From Leptonemataceae bacterium (GTDB lineage: Bacteria > Spirochaetota > Leptospiria > Leptospirales > Leptonemataceae), in the NCBI GenBank assembly GCA_965227295.1, contig OZ245742.1, positions 1,536,001-1,600,000 of the forward strand: a stretch of DNA of 64,000 bases, given 5' to 3'. A program made the position numbers and the translations under genes. The notes beneath the pieces are model-generated. The model was not told the DNA's origin, did no database searches, and saw only the letters and a list, made by a program, of their open reading frames with translations. Shown here one piece after another: positions 47,627 through 56,404 of the stretch (its first letter is position 1; every line of letters starts with the position of its first letter).

Positions 47627-50600
47627 ATGGCACTACCGACGCCGATTATTGATCGCCGGGATCAGAAGGCCCTGGCGGAGAAACTGCGCGAACTCATCGT
47701 AACTTACGCGAGCGAGTGGCCGGACGTCGCCGCGGTGGAAGCCGACGGCCAGGTGGATGCCCTGGTGCAGATCTTCGCGCGCTTTTATGAAGTGATCAAC
47801 GAGCGCTTGAACGGCGTACCCGATCGAAACTTTCTGACGTTTCTGGAAATGGCCGGCGTGGACATCGATCCGCCCCGGGCCGCGGCGACGCCGTTGGTCT
47901 TCCAGGCCGCGGAAAACGTAACCGCGGACGTTACGGTACCGGTCGGAACGCAGATCATCGTGGAGGGCAGCGAAGACGATCCGATCATCTTCGAAACGCG
48001 CGAGTTGCTCACGACGATCACGGCGCGCCTGAATCGCATCGTTTCGCTCGAACCCACGGCGGATCGTTATACGGATCATGTCTCGCTGCTGGATCCGGAC
48101 GCCCGGGATGTGGAGACCCTGCTTACCGGAAAGACTCCGCTCACGCACCGGCTGTTCTTCGGTCATGACGTACTCTTTGATTACAAAGACGCGGCCACCG
48201 TGCGCGTTCATACAAGCATCAAGACGCCGGTGTCGTTTCCCTCGAATCAATGGAACGTCGACTGGTTTATTTATACACAGGAGTCGGACGATCCGGTGAA
48301 ACTCACCCCGGTGATTGACGACGTCGTCGTGGACACGGACGTGAAGAACCTGCTGCGCGGCGGCACGATCACCTTCGAAAACGTTGAGGGAATTTCGAAC
48401 GAGGAAATCGGCGGCTACGTCTTCAAAGAAAGTGCGGCTCTGACCTGGAACACATTAACATCAGACAAAAGATGGTTAGTGGCCGAGCTTACGTCTTCGC
48501 TGCCGGCGCAGACCTACTCGAAACTGGAAGATCAGGAGGCCGAAGAGGCTTACTTTAACGCCACGGAGTATGACCCCGCCGGATCGTTCCGGCCGTTCGG
48601 GGTGGATCCGACGCTGGGCGATCGTTTGAACGTGGCCCACGTGGACGTCCTCGATCAACCCGGCGCGACGATCACCCTGGACTTTGATCTGAGCCAGGTC
48701 GGTACCACCACGGACATTAACATTGAGTGGCAGTACCTCGAAGGTTCGCTCTGGAAAAAGATCGGCTTCACCGGTTTCGGCGGCGTCACCGACGCGGGCG
48801 ACTACCGGTTGGAGGACGATACGAACGGTTTTAAGCAGTCCGGCCAGGTGCGTTTCATCTGCCCGACGTTTTCGCCGGCTCTGGCGAACAGTATTACGAA
48901 TCGCTGGATTCGCGCGATCATTCGCGGCGGTGAGTACGCGAACGGTGCCGAGCCGGTGGTCTCGGCCATGACGATCGGCTACACCTACGTGCCGGAATTG
49001 CTGACGCTCCAGGTGGAAACCGAACTCAGTCCGGAGGCGCCGCAACAGGCGGATCACGCTTACCTGAACGGCCAGATCCTCGACACCGGGCGGGACTTCT
49101 ATCCCTTCGGCGAGACTCCGGCTTTTAACGATACGTTTTATTTCGCTCTGGAAGCGGCCTTCGCGAATGAGGGCGCAAACATCACAATAGACGCGGTACT
49201 TTCCGAGTCGCGTCCGGCGCCTTCGACCCTGGGTCGTGAGATCACTCTGGCATTGGAATACTTTGACGGTTACGATTGGTCCGAGATCGCCCGGCTGGCG
49301 GAGGACGGCGTGGACAGCCCGATGTCGGGCGTCACCGACGAGACCTACGCCTTTACCGTACTGGATACGGATACGCAGATTAGCTTTACCTGCCCGGATG
49401 TTAGGAAAGTCACGATCAACGGCATCGAAGACTACTGGCTGCGCTTTCGCATCGTGGACGGCGACTACGGCCAGCCGGCGAGTTACGACGGCGGAACGGA
49501 AACGTATACGAACGCCACATACGTCCCGCCGTCCCTCGAAAAGTTCCGCATCGATTACTCGTTCACGACCACCGAGGATCCGGAGCAGTTGATCTTCGAA
49601 AATGAATTCTTCTTCGCCGACGAAACCGCTGCGCTCATCGCGAACAACGCAACTCCGGCGAGCGCAAGTCCCATTACATTCTTTCGTACCAGCGGAGATC
49701 TTTCCCCGGCGCTCTATCTTTCGTTTGACCGGGACATTCAGAGTCTGCCCATCAACCTGTTCTTTCCGATTCTGGCGTCGCCGTTCCAGGTGACGAACGA
49801 CAGCGAACCGCCCACCATGCTGTGGGAGTACTGGGACGGCAGCGAATGGCAGGTCACCTCGTTCAACGACGGGACCGTCGGACTCACCCGCGGCGAGATC
49901 GCCCAGGTCCTGGTGCCCGGCGACTCGAAGGCACGGCCCATCTTCGGCAATGCAGCGAACTGGATTCGAGTCCGCCTGGAAGCCGGGACCTTCGTAACAA
50001 ATCCCGAGGTCGATCGGCTGTATGCCAATGCCGTCTGGAGCGACAACGTCGTAACCATTCGCGATGAACTCTTAGGCTCTTCCAACGCGGAACCGGATCA
50101 GCGCTTTAACCTGGCGCGTTTTCCGGTCTTGCAGGGGCAGCAGATTCTCGTGCGGGAAGCGGCGATTACAAAAGAAGATCGCGCGGAGATCATTGCCGAA
50201 GAAGGCGAAGACGCGATTACGGAGATTACCGACGAGGCGGGAAACGTTACGGACATCTGGGTGCGCTGGCATCAGGTTACTCGTTTCGAAGGTTCGGGTC
50301 CGCAGAGTCGGCACTATATCTTCGATGCGTTGAAAGGCGAGATTCTATTCGGCAACGGCGTGCGCGGTTATCTGCCTCCGGCCGGTCGCGACAACATCCG
50401 CGCGGGATTCTACCAGTACGGCGGCGGGACGGCCGGAAATGTCGAAGCGTTCGAAATTGTTCGACCGCGCTCGGCGCTCGTGGGCATCGAAGAGGTCTTT
50501 AATCCGAGCAACGTCAGCGGCGGTGTGGATCTGGAGAGCCTGGAGCGTTTACGTGAGCGCGGGCCGCGGACCATTAAGAATCGCGGAAGAGCGATTACGC

Positions 50601-51628
50601 CGGACGATTTCGAGGCTCTGGCCTTCGAAGCCACGGGAGAAATCGCGCGCGTGCGTTGTCTGGCGACAACGGACCCTTCACTGATGTTCGCCCCGGGCTG
50701 GGTTACGATCTTGATCGTTCCCATCTCCACGGACCTCAAACCGGTGCCGTCTCAGGAATTGATTCGAGCCACCACGGACTACGTGCGCAGCCGTTCCCTC
50801 AGTCATTTGATCGACGACTCGCCGGTGCGTGTCAACGTCCTCGGACCGGGCTATGTCAACGTCTATGCCGAACTGGATGTGGCCTACAAGAACATCAACG
50901 AGGCGCGGCTGGTGCAGGATCGCATCAACAAGGCGCTGAATACTTTCTTGCATCCGCTTACCGGCGGGGACGCGGGCACCGGCTGGCCCTTCGGCCGTAA
51001 CGTCTACGCAACGGAAATTTACGAACTGGTGGAAAGCGTGGCGGGCGTGGACTACGTCGCCCAGGCCGTGTTACGCGCTGCCGAACACATCTTTTACGTA
51101 TACCCGGTGAACGCCTTTACGCCGTCGGCGCCGTATCCCGCGGGCAGTCTGCTGCGCATTACCCGCGGCGCTTTCCAGGCGGACCTGCGCACGGGCGAAC
51201 TGTTGCGCGAGGACGAAAGCATCAGCCGGGTGACGGTGCTGGGATTCAAAGAAGGCGACGTGGTTACGCTCTACGATACCGGCATGCAGAATCCGCTGAA
51301 CCTGGAAGTCACGGGGATCTCGGGCGTGAACATGTCGGTGCGCGCGGCCTTCGCGAACGTTTCGTACGGAGTCGGCAGTACCGTGTGCAGTGCGGACAAA
51401 CGCGTCCAGATCAGTGTCACCGAAGCGGTTTCCGTGGGTGAATTCACGAACCTGGTGTTGATGATTCCCCAGGCCGAGGATGCCTTCGAACTCCAGGCGC
51501 AGGACCTGGCCACCATTCGCGGCGAGTTCTCCGACGTCTCGGATGAGGTCGAGGTCGTAATCCTCGGTCCGAACAACTTAACGTATCCGGGGACGCACGT
51601 TATTCGCGCCCTTCAGGAGGGATCGTAA
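47627..51628 (+). CDS. Large baseplate J-like wedge protein (Afp11-like) with internal beta-sandwich repeats
   Basis: RLNGVPDRNFLTFL, LGSSN.EP.Q.F.L, FGNG..G..PP.G, GGG..GNV, RAIT..DFE, LHPLTGG..G.GWPFGR. Confidence 0.88.
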   Translation: MALPTPIIDRRDQKALAEKLRELIVTYASEWPDVAAVEADGQVDALVQIFARFYEVINERLNGVPDRNFLTFLEMAGVDIDPPRAAATPLVFQAAENVTADVTVPVGTQIIVEGSEDDPIIFETRELLTTITARLNRIVSLEPTADRYTDHVSLLDPDARDVETLLTGKTPLTHRLFFGHDVLFDYKDAATVRVHTSIKTPVSFPSNQWNVDWFIYTQESDDPVKLTPVIDDVVVDTDVKNLLRGGTITFENVEGISNEEIGGYVFKESAALTWNTLTSDKRWLVAELTSSLPAQTYSKLEDQEAEEAYFNATEYDPAGSFRPFGVDPTLGDRLNVAHVDVLDQPGATITLDFDLSQVGTTTDINIEWQYLEGSLWKKIGFTGFGGVTDAGDYRLEDDTNGFKQSGQVRFICPTFSPALANSITNRWIRAIIRGGEYANGAEPVVSAMTIGYTYVPELLTLQVETELSPEAPQQADHAYLNGQILDTGRDFYPFGETPAFNDTFYFALEAAFANEGANITIDAVLSESRPAPSTLGREITLALEYFDGYDWSEIARLAEDGVDSPMSGVTDETYAFTVLDTDTQISFTCPDVRKVTINGIEDYWLRFRIVDGDYGQPASYDGGTETYTNATYVPPSLEKFRIDYSFTTTEDPEQLIFENEFFFADETAALIANNATPASASPITFFRTSGDLSPALYLSFDRDIQSLPINLFFPILASPFQVTNDSEPPTMLWEYWDGSEWQVTSFNDGTVGLTRGEIAQVLVPGDSKARPIFGNAANWIRVRLEAGTFVTNPEVDRLYANAVWSDNVVTIRDELLGSSNAEPDQRFNLARFPVLQGQQILVREAAITKEDRAEIIAEEGEDAITEITDEAGNVTDIWVRWHQVTRFEGSGPQSRHYIFDALKGEILFGNGVRGYLPPAGRDNIRAGFYQYGGGTAGNVEAFEIVRPRSALVGIEEVFNPSNVSGGVDLESLERLRERGPRTIKNRGRAITPDDFEALAFEATGEIARVRCLATTDPSLMFAPGWVTILIVPISTDLKPVPSQELIRATTDYVRSRSLSHLIDDSPVRVNVLGPGYVNVYAELDVAYKNINEARLVQDRINKALNTFLHPLTGGDAGTGWPFGRNVYATEIYELVESVAGVDYVAQAVLRAAEHIFYVYPVNAFTPSAPYPAGSLLRITRGAFQADLRTGELLREDESISRVTVLGFKEGDVVTLYDTGMQNPLNLEVTGISGVNMSVRAAFANVSYGVGSTVCSADKRVQISVTEAVSVGEFTNLVLMIPQAEDAFELQAQDLATIRGEFSDVSDEVEVVILGPNNLTYPGTHVIRALQEGS

Positions 51629-51653
51629 CTATCACTGCTGCGAGGTTAACATC

Positions 51654-52586
51654 ATGCCTATACCCATACCCGAACTGAACGATCGTAATTTCGAAAGCCT
51701 CATGGAAGAGGCCCGGGCGCTGATTCCCCGCTACAATTCGAAGTGGACGAACTACAATCCCTCGGACCCGGGCATCACGCTGCTTGAGCTCTTCGCCTTT
51801 CTGTGCGAGCAGACGCTCTACCGCGTGAATCGCGTACCGCTGAAAAACTTCGAGGCCTTTCTCAAGCTATTGGGCATCACCGTGGCCGACGGCGAGAGCA
51901 TCGAAAGCGGCATCCTGCGGGCGCGGGCGTTGCTGGAAGAACGTTATCGCACGATTACGCCGGCGGACTACCAGGCCGTGGTTCTCGAAAAAATGGAAGA
52001 GCTGCTCACCGGTCTCGGCGGTCGTGCCATCGTCATGAACAACGTGGACCTGGAGTTCGCTCCGCCGACGATCGTGGACCTGGAATCCATCAGCAAAGAG
52101 GCGCATGTGAGCGTCATTATCGTTCCACGCTGTGATACCGATGACGGGACCTACTGCGACGCGGACTCGCTGCCGCTGCCCGTTCCCACATCGACGCTCT
52201 TAAGTGAAGTCAGTACGCGATTACAGGAACGCCGGTTGATCGGCATGCGCGCCCACGCGGTGGCGCCGCGGTATCGGACGTTAAACTTAACGGCCTGGCT
52301 GGTGCCGCAGCCGGACTTTCAGGGCGACATCGTTCAGACCGTGCAGGATTCGGCGAAGGCGTTTTACGATCCCCTGGACGGCGGCCCGGACGGAACCGGC
52401 TGGCCGTTGGGCCGGGACGTGTATCGTTCGGAGTTCTTTCAGATCTTAGAAAGCACGCCTGGTGTTGATTTCGTTCAGCGCATTACCATGAACAGCGCCG
52501 ACGCCGACGTCGTCGTGCAACCCTGGGAACTGGTGAACCTCGCATCGATTACGGTGAATCTGGTCGATGCCAGCATTACGTTGTAG
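51654..52586 (+). CDS. Short baseplate J-like wedge protein
   Basis: L.DR.F..L..EA..IP.Y..WTNYNPSDPGITLLELFA, DPLDGGPDGTGWPLGR. Confidence 0.85.
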   Translation: MPIPIPELNDRNFESLMEEARALIPRYNSKWTNYNPSDPGITLLELFAFLCEQTLYRVNRVPLKNFEAFLKLLGITVADGESIESGILRARALLEERYRTITPADYQAVVLEKMEELLTGLGGRAIVMNNVDLEFAPPTIVDLESISKEAHVSVIIVPRCDTDDGTYCDADSLPLPVPTSTLLSEVSTRLQERRLIGMRAHAVAPRYRTLNLTAWLVPQPDFQGDIVQTVQDSAKAFYDPLDGGPDGTGWPLGRDVYRSEFFQILESTPGVDFVQRITMNSADADVVVQPWELVNLASITVNLVDASITL

Positions 52587-52594
52587 GTAAGTTT

Positions 52595-53371
52595 ATGCCG
52601 GAAGAATCTAAGTACTTAAAGTATCTACCGTCGGTTTATCGCGAAGACGGAGACGGTGTTCAGGAAGGTTTCATGGGCCGCTTCCTGCAGGCCTTCGAGG
52701 AAATGCTCGAGGGTGCCGGAAGCGGAAGTGATCCGGCCGGCGTGCACACGCTGGTAGAGGACATCGCGAATTACTTCGATCCCGACTTCGCGCCGGCGCA
52801 GTTCATCGACTGGCTGGCCGGCTGGGTGGCTCTCGAGCTGCAACAAACCGCCGACTGGATGGAAGACGATTACGGCGAAACCACCGCCGTGGTGGATCAG
52901 GTGCAACCGTTCGCCGCGGCGCGAGATACGCGCAACCGGAACCTCATTAAGAACGCGGCGAGCCTGTATCAGAAGCGCGGTACGCGCAACGGAATGCAGG
53001 AGCTGCTGGCGATCTATGCGAAGCTCGCGCCGGGTACGCCGCCGGAGGACATCGAGAAATTTGTCCGCATCATCGAGGCGACGAATCTCTTCCAGATCGG
53101 CGTCACGACGATCATTGGTACGCAGACGAGCATCGGCGAACGGCCGCACTATTTCCAGGTGGAGATCGTGATTCCGGCACCGGACCCGGTCGCTCTCACC
53201 AATTACAAACGTTCGGTGGCGAATGTCATCGATGCCGAGAAGCCGGCGCATACGTACTACGACTTGATCGTTACGGTTCCGACCATGCAGGTCGGTGAGA
53301 CCGCCACGGTGGGTGTGGATACGCTGCTCGGCACCACGACGGAAGCCCCGGAAATCGAAGAGGAAGCATAG
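52595..53371 (+). CDS. Phage tail protein I-like baseplate component
   Basis: YLPSVYRE, RFL..FE, YFDP..AP..F..WLAGWV, LY.KRGT..G, EKPAHT. Confidence 0.85.
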   Translation: MPEESKYLKYLPSVYREDGDGVQEGFMGRFLQAFEEMLEGAGSGSDPAGVHTLVEDIANYFDPDFAPAQFIDWLAGWVALELQQTADWMEDDYGETTAVVDQVQPFAAARDTRNRNLIKNAASLYQKRGTRNGMQELLAIYAKLAPGTPPEDIEKFVRIIEATNLFQIGVTTIIGTQTSIGERPHYFQVEIVIPAPDPVALTNYKRSVANVIDAEKPAHTYYDLIVTVPTMQVGETATVGVDTLLGTTTEAPEIEEEA

Positions 53372-53408
53372 GCTAAATACAGATTACTAATAGTTACGGA
53401 GTATTAAT

Positions 53409-54911
53409 ATGGCAGAAGATGATCTGAAACGAGTTCGATATTTTAACGGCTTGATTATGCAAGAGGAGGACTTCATCCTTGAGCAGGACTATCACATCAA
53501 GCTGCAACGGCTGCACAACCGGCACCTGCACGGGGCCGGCATCGTGTTCGGCCTGGAAGTGGAGCTGATCGACGCGGAGAACGTGCGGGTTACCCCCGGC
53601 ATGGCGCTCGACGAATCCACGGACGGCCCCGACGACGTCAGCCGCGAAATATATCTTACGGGCGAAGAGGAAGTGAACCTGGGGTTACACCCGGCGGGTA
53701 CCGAGTACTACATCTGGATTTCTTACACTGAGGCGCCGGACCCGATGGACGTGTATCCGGCGAAAGGCGGCTCGGAGCCGATCTACATTGCGCAGACCGG
53801 TCAGGTCAACTTCGGTGAGTCGTTGCCGGAGGGCGCGAATTCTACCGAGATCATTCTGGCCCGGGTCGTCTACACGGCGAGCGGGGACCTCGACGGCACG
53901 AGCATAACGTACCTGGACGACGAGGACAAATCGTTGCGCCTGCTTTCCAGTTTCAAAGCGGATTCAGCCGAATTTGAAAGGCTTACGTTACGCCACGATA
54001 ACGACGCCGATCCGACCTACGCGCGCCTGGACGGTTTTTTCTTCAGCGACACGGGCGATAACGGCATCAACGCCGTCTCGGATCGCACGCGCTTTTTTGG
54101 TCGGGTGGACGTCGACGAAGAACTGCACGTTACCCAGGACGGAAACTTTGACATCGACATCAACGTAACGGCCGACGCCAACATTGGAGGCGACGTCATT
54201 GTGACCGGCGAGATGCGATCGACGAATGCGAGTGGTAAGCTGGAGATCAACGATGCCGTCCACGTGGCGGAGTCTTTGGACTTGAGCACCGGCGCGACGG
54301 TGAATGAGTTCTCGACGGACGGCACCATGGCCGACGACAGCGATACGGCCGTGCCGACGGAACAGGCGGTGAAGACGTACGTGGACGCGAAGATCCAGGA
54401 GTTCATCGACGATCAATTGGTGGGCTGCGTGGCGGCATTCGCAGTCGATAGTCCACCGGACGGCTGGTTGGAATGTAACGGCGATGATGTCGATCGAACG
54501 ACCTACGCGAACCTCTTTGCAAGAATTCAAACCACCTTCGGCGCAGGAAATGGAACCACAACTTTCAACATTCCGGACCTGCGGGGTGAGTTCATTCGCG
54601 GCTGGGATCATGGCGAAGGCAACGATCCGGATGCAGCGTCGCGAACGGATAGTGGCGACGGCACCACCGGTGATAATCTGGGTACGAAACAAGCGGATGC
54701 TTTTCAGGATCACGGGCACGATCATCAGTATGCGCTGTACGCAGATACCGGCGGCAGTGGTATTTTCGCCTCGGGTAGCACAGGGCCGGATGTTGGTGTC
54801 ACGGGCGGGATAATTCATACTCCGGAAGCTTATGGAGCGAACCCTGCACCCAGATTCACTTCCGAAACCCGCCCGCGCAACGTGGCTCTGATGTACTGCA
54901 TCAAGTACTAA
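53409..54911 (+). CDS. Tail fibre 1 with C-terminal tail-collar domain
   Basis: N-terminal KRVRYFNG..EEDF..EQ.YH..RLHN..LH..GIV.GLEV; collar P.GWL.CNG..R.TY..LF..TTFN.PDLRGEFIRG; ends ETRPRNVALMYCIKY. Confidence 0.85.
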   Translation: MAEDDLKRVRYFNGLIMQEEDFILEQDYHIKLQRLHNRHLHGAGIVFGLEVELIDAENVRVTPGMALDESTDGPDDVSREIYLTGEEEVNLGLHPAGTEYYIWISYTEAPDPMDVYPAKGGSEPIYIAQTGQVNFGESLPEGANSTEIILARVVYTASGDLDGTSITYLDDEDKSLRLLSSFKADSAEFERLTLRHDNDADPTYARLDGFFFSDTGDNGINAVSDRTRFFGRVDVDEELHVTQDGNFDIDINVTADANIGGDVIVTGEMRSTNASGKLEINDAVHVAESLDLSTGATVNEFSTDGTMADDSDTAVPTEQAVKTYVDAKIQEFIDDQLVGCVAAFAVDSPPDGWLECNGDDVDRTTYANLFARIQTTFGAGNGTTTFNIPDLRGEFIRGWDHGEGNDPDAASRTDSGDGTTGDNLGTKQADAFQDHGHDHQYALYADTGGSGIFASGSTGPDVGVTGGIIHTPEAYGANPAPRFTSETRPRNVALMYCIKY

Positions 54912-54952
54912 AGAATAAAAAACTAACGGCATATACTTAAGGAGCAATCATC

Positions 54953-56335
54953 ATGGCAAAACCCGTTAAACGATTACGCTATTTCGACGGACTCTTTCTC
55001 CGTGAAGAGGAGTTCAACGACGAACAGGAACACTACACCCGTCTGCGGCGGTTGCATAACCGCTACCTGCACAGCAACGGGATCGTCTACGGCCTGGAGG
55101 TCGAACCGGGCGGCAGCGCGGATTCCGTATCGGTAACGAAGGGTATGGCCCTGGATCGCTACGAAGACGGTGACATCGGGGACAGTCTGAGCCGGGAGAT
55201 CATCTTACGAGATGCCGAAGAAGTCAGCCTGCAACAGTACGATCCTTCCGACGAGGTGTGGCTGTGGATCGCGTACGGCGAGTCCCAGGCCGACGCCGAT
55301 GCCGGCGGCAATCCGACGCGCTACGAGGAGATCCCGCAAATCATACACGGCACGACCATGCCCACCGGCGACGCGAACATCATCCTCGCGCGCATTGTCA
55401 TGCCCGCCGGCTCGATTACGGAATCGGACATTTTCGATACCGACGGCTCGTCGAATCCCATCCGTAAACTGGCGGGTTTCCAGGGTGGCAGTGTCAGTAC
55501 CGATACCCTCATTCTCACGGACGATGATTTCGGGACGGATCCGCCGACTCTGGACGGCTTCTACTGGAGCGGTACGGATGATCGCGGCGTGAAATTCAAT
55601 TCGGACCGCACCCAGTTTTCCGGCGACGTGGAAATCGACGAAACACTCACCGTCACGCAGGATGCGACGTTTTCCGCGAACGTCAGCGCCGGCGGTACGA
55701 TGAGCGTTACCGGAAACACCACGCTCAGTGGCAATGCAGGCATCGGCGGTACACTCACAATTCAAGGCTCCGTATCCGTGGACGAGGTCTCCGACGATGA
55801 TACCATGGCCGATGCCAGTGCTACCGCGGTTCCCACGGAACGTGCGGTACGGGAATACGTCGAGTCTCTGCTGGTCGGTTCGATCACCGCGTTTGCCATG
55901 CAGGAGGCCGATCTTCCGGACGGCTGGGTGGTTTGCGACGGCCGAGAAATCAGCCGCACGACTTACGCGCGACTGTTCGGGAAGATCAGCACAAATTACG
56001 GGACCGGAGACGGATCCACGACGTTTAACGTGCCGGACCTACAGGGTGAGTTCATTCGCGGTCTTGATGCAACGGCGGGCAACGACCCGGACTCGCCGCG
56101 CGCGGTGGGTTCCAGTCAGGCTGATGCGTTTCAGGGGCACTGGCACGATCATCCTCACGAGATGTTCTGGAATGACGGTAGCCCGAACAACGTGGCATCG
56201 AGCAATCAGATTACGATGAACAATGAGATCAACGCGGTTAGAGATCCTTCCAGCGACGGCGTCAACGGTACCCCGCGCACATCATCCGAAACCCGCCCCC
56301 GCAACGTGGCAATGCTGTACTGCATCAAAACGTAA
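54953..56335 (+). CDS. Tail fibre 2 with C-terminal tail-collar domain (paralogue of fibre 1)
   Basis: Same architecture: KRLRYFDG..EEEF..EQ, AVPTE.AV..YV, PDGW..CDG..TTFNVPDLQGEFIRG, ETRPRNVAMLYCIK. Confidence 0.85.
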   Translation: MAKPVKRLRYFDGLFLREEEFNDEQEHYTRLRRLHNRYLHSNGIVYGLEVEPGGSADSVSVTKGMALDRYEDGDIGDSLSREIILRDAEEVSLQQYDPSDEVWLWIAYGESQADADAGGNPTRYEEIPQIIHGTTMPTGDANIILARIVMPAGSITESDIFDTDGSSNPIRKLAGFQGGSVSTDTLILTDDDFGTDPPTLDGFYWSGTDDRGVKFNSDRTQFSGDVEIDETLTVTQDATFSANVSAGGTMSVTGNTTLSGNAGIGGTLTIQGSVSVDEVSDDDTMADASATAVPTERAVREYVESLLVGSITAFAMQEADLPDGWVVCDGREISRTTYARLFGKISTNYGTGDGSTTFNVPDLQGEFIRGLDATAGNDPDSPRAVGSSQADAFQGHWHDHPHEMFWNDGSPNNVASSNQITMNNEINAVRDPSSDGVNGTPRTSSETRPRNVAMLYCIKT

Positions 56336-56344
56336 GCCGTCCCC

Positions 56345-56391
56345 CGGCGATCATCGCGCGCTTTTCCCTTGCGTTACTGCGATGATCGCCG
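56345..56391. other. Inverted repeat immediately after the last eCIS gene
   Basis: CGGCGATCATCGC (56345-56357) / GCGATGATCGCCG (56379-56391); no T-tract follows. Confidence 0.5.
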
Positions 56392-56404
56392 AGGCTGGCG
56401 GGCC

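Larger units (their letters stand above)
35939..56335 (+). other. Extracellular contractile injection system (Afp/PVC-like eCIS) gene cluster
   Basis: Co-oriented ATPase, DUF4255-like cap, sheath, two gp19 tubes, LysM tube initiator, hub, spike, PAAR, gp25, baseplate wedges and fibres; no head, packaging or T6SS membrane genes. Confidence 0.92.

Noticed and set aside
35939-56335. Prophage or T6SS interpretation of the tail genes
   Set aside because: No capsid, portal, terminase, integrase or replication genes, and no TssJ/L/M, TssK, ClpV or split TssB/C. The gp19 tubes, DUF4255-like cap and Afp15-like ATPase fit an eCIS.
53409-56335. Diversity-generating retroelement or invertible shufflon acting on fibre tips
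   Set aside because: No reverse transcriptase, invertase or adenine-specific template/variable repeat pair is visible. Both fibres are full-length and in the same orientation.
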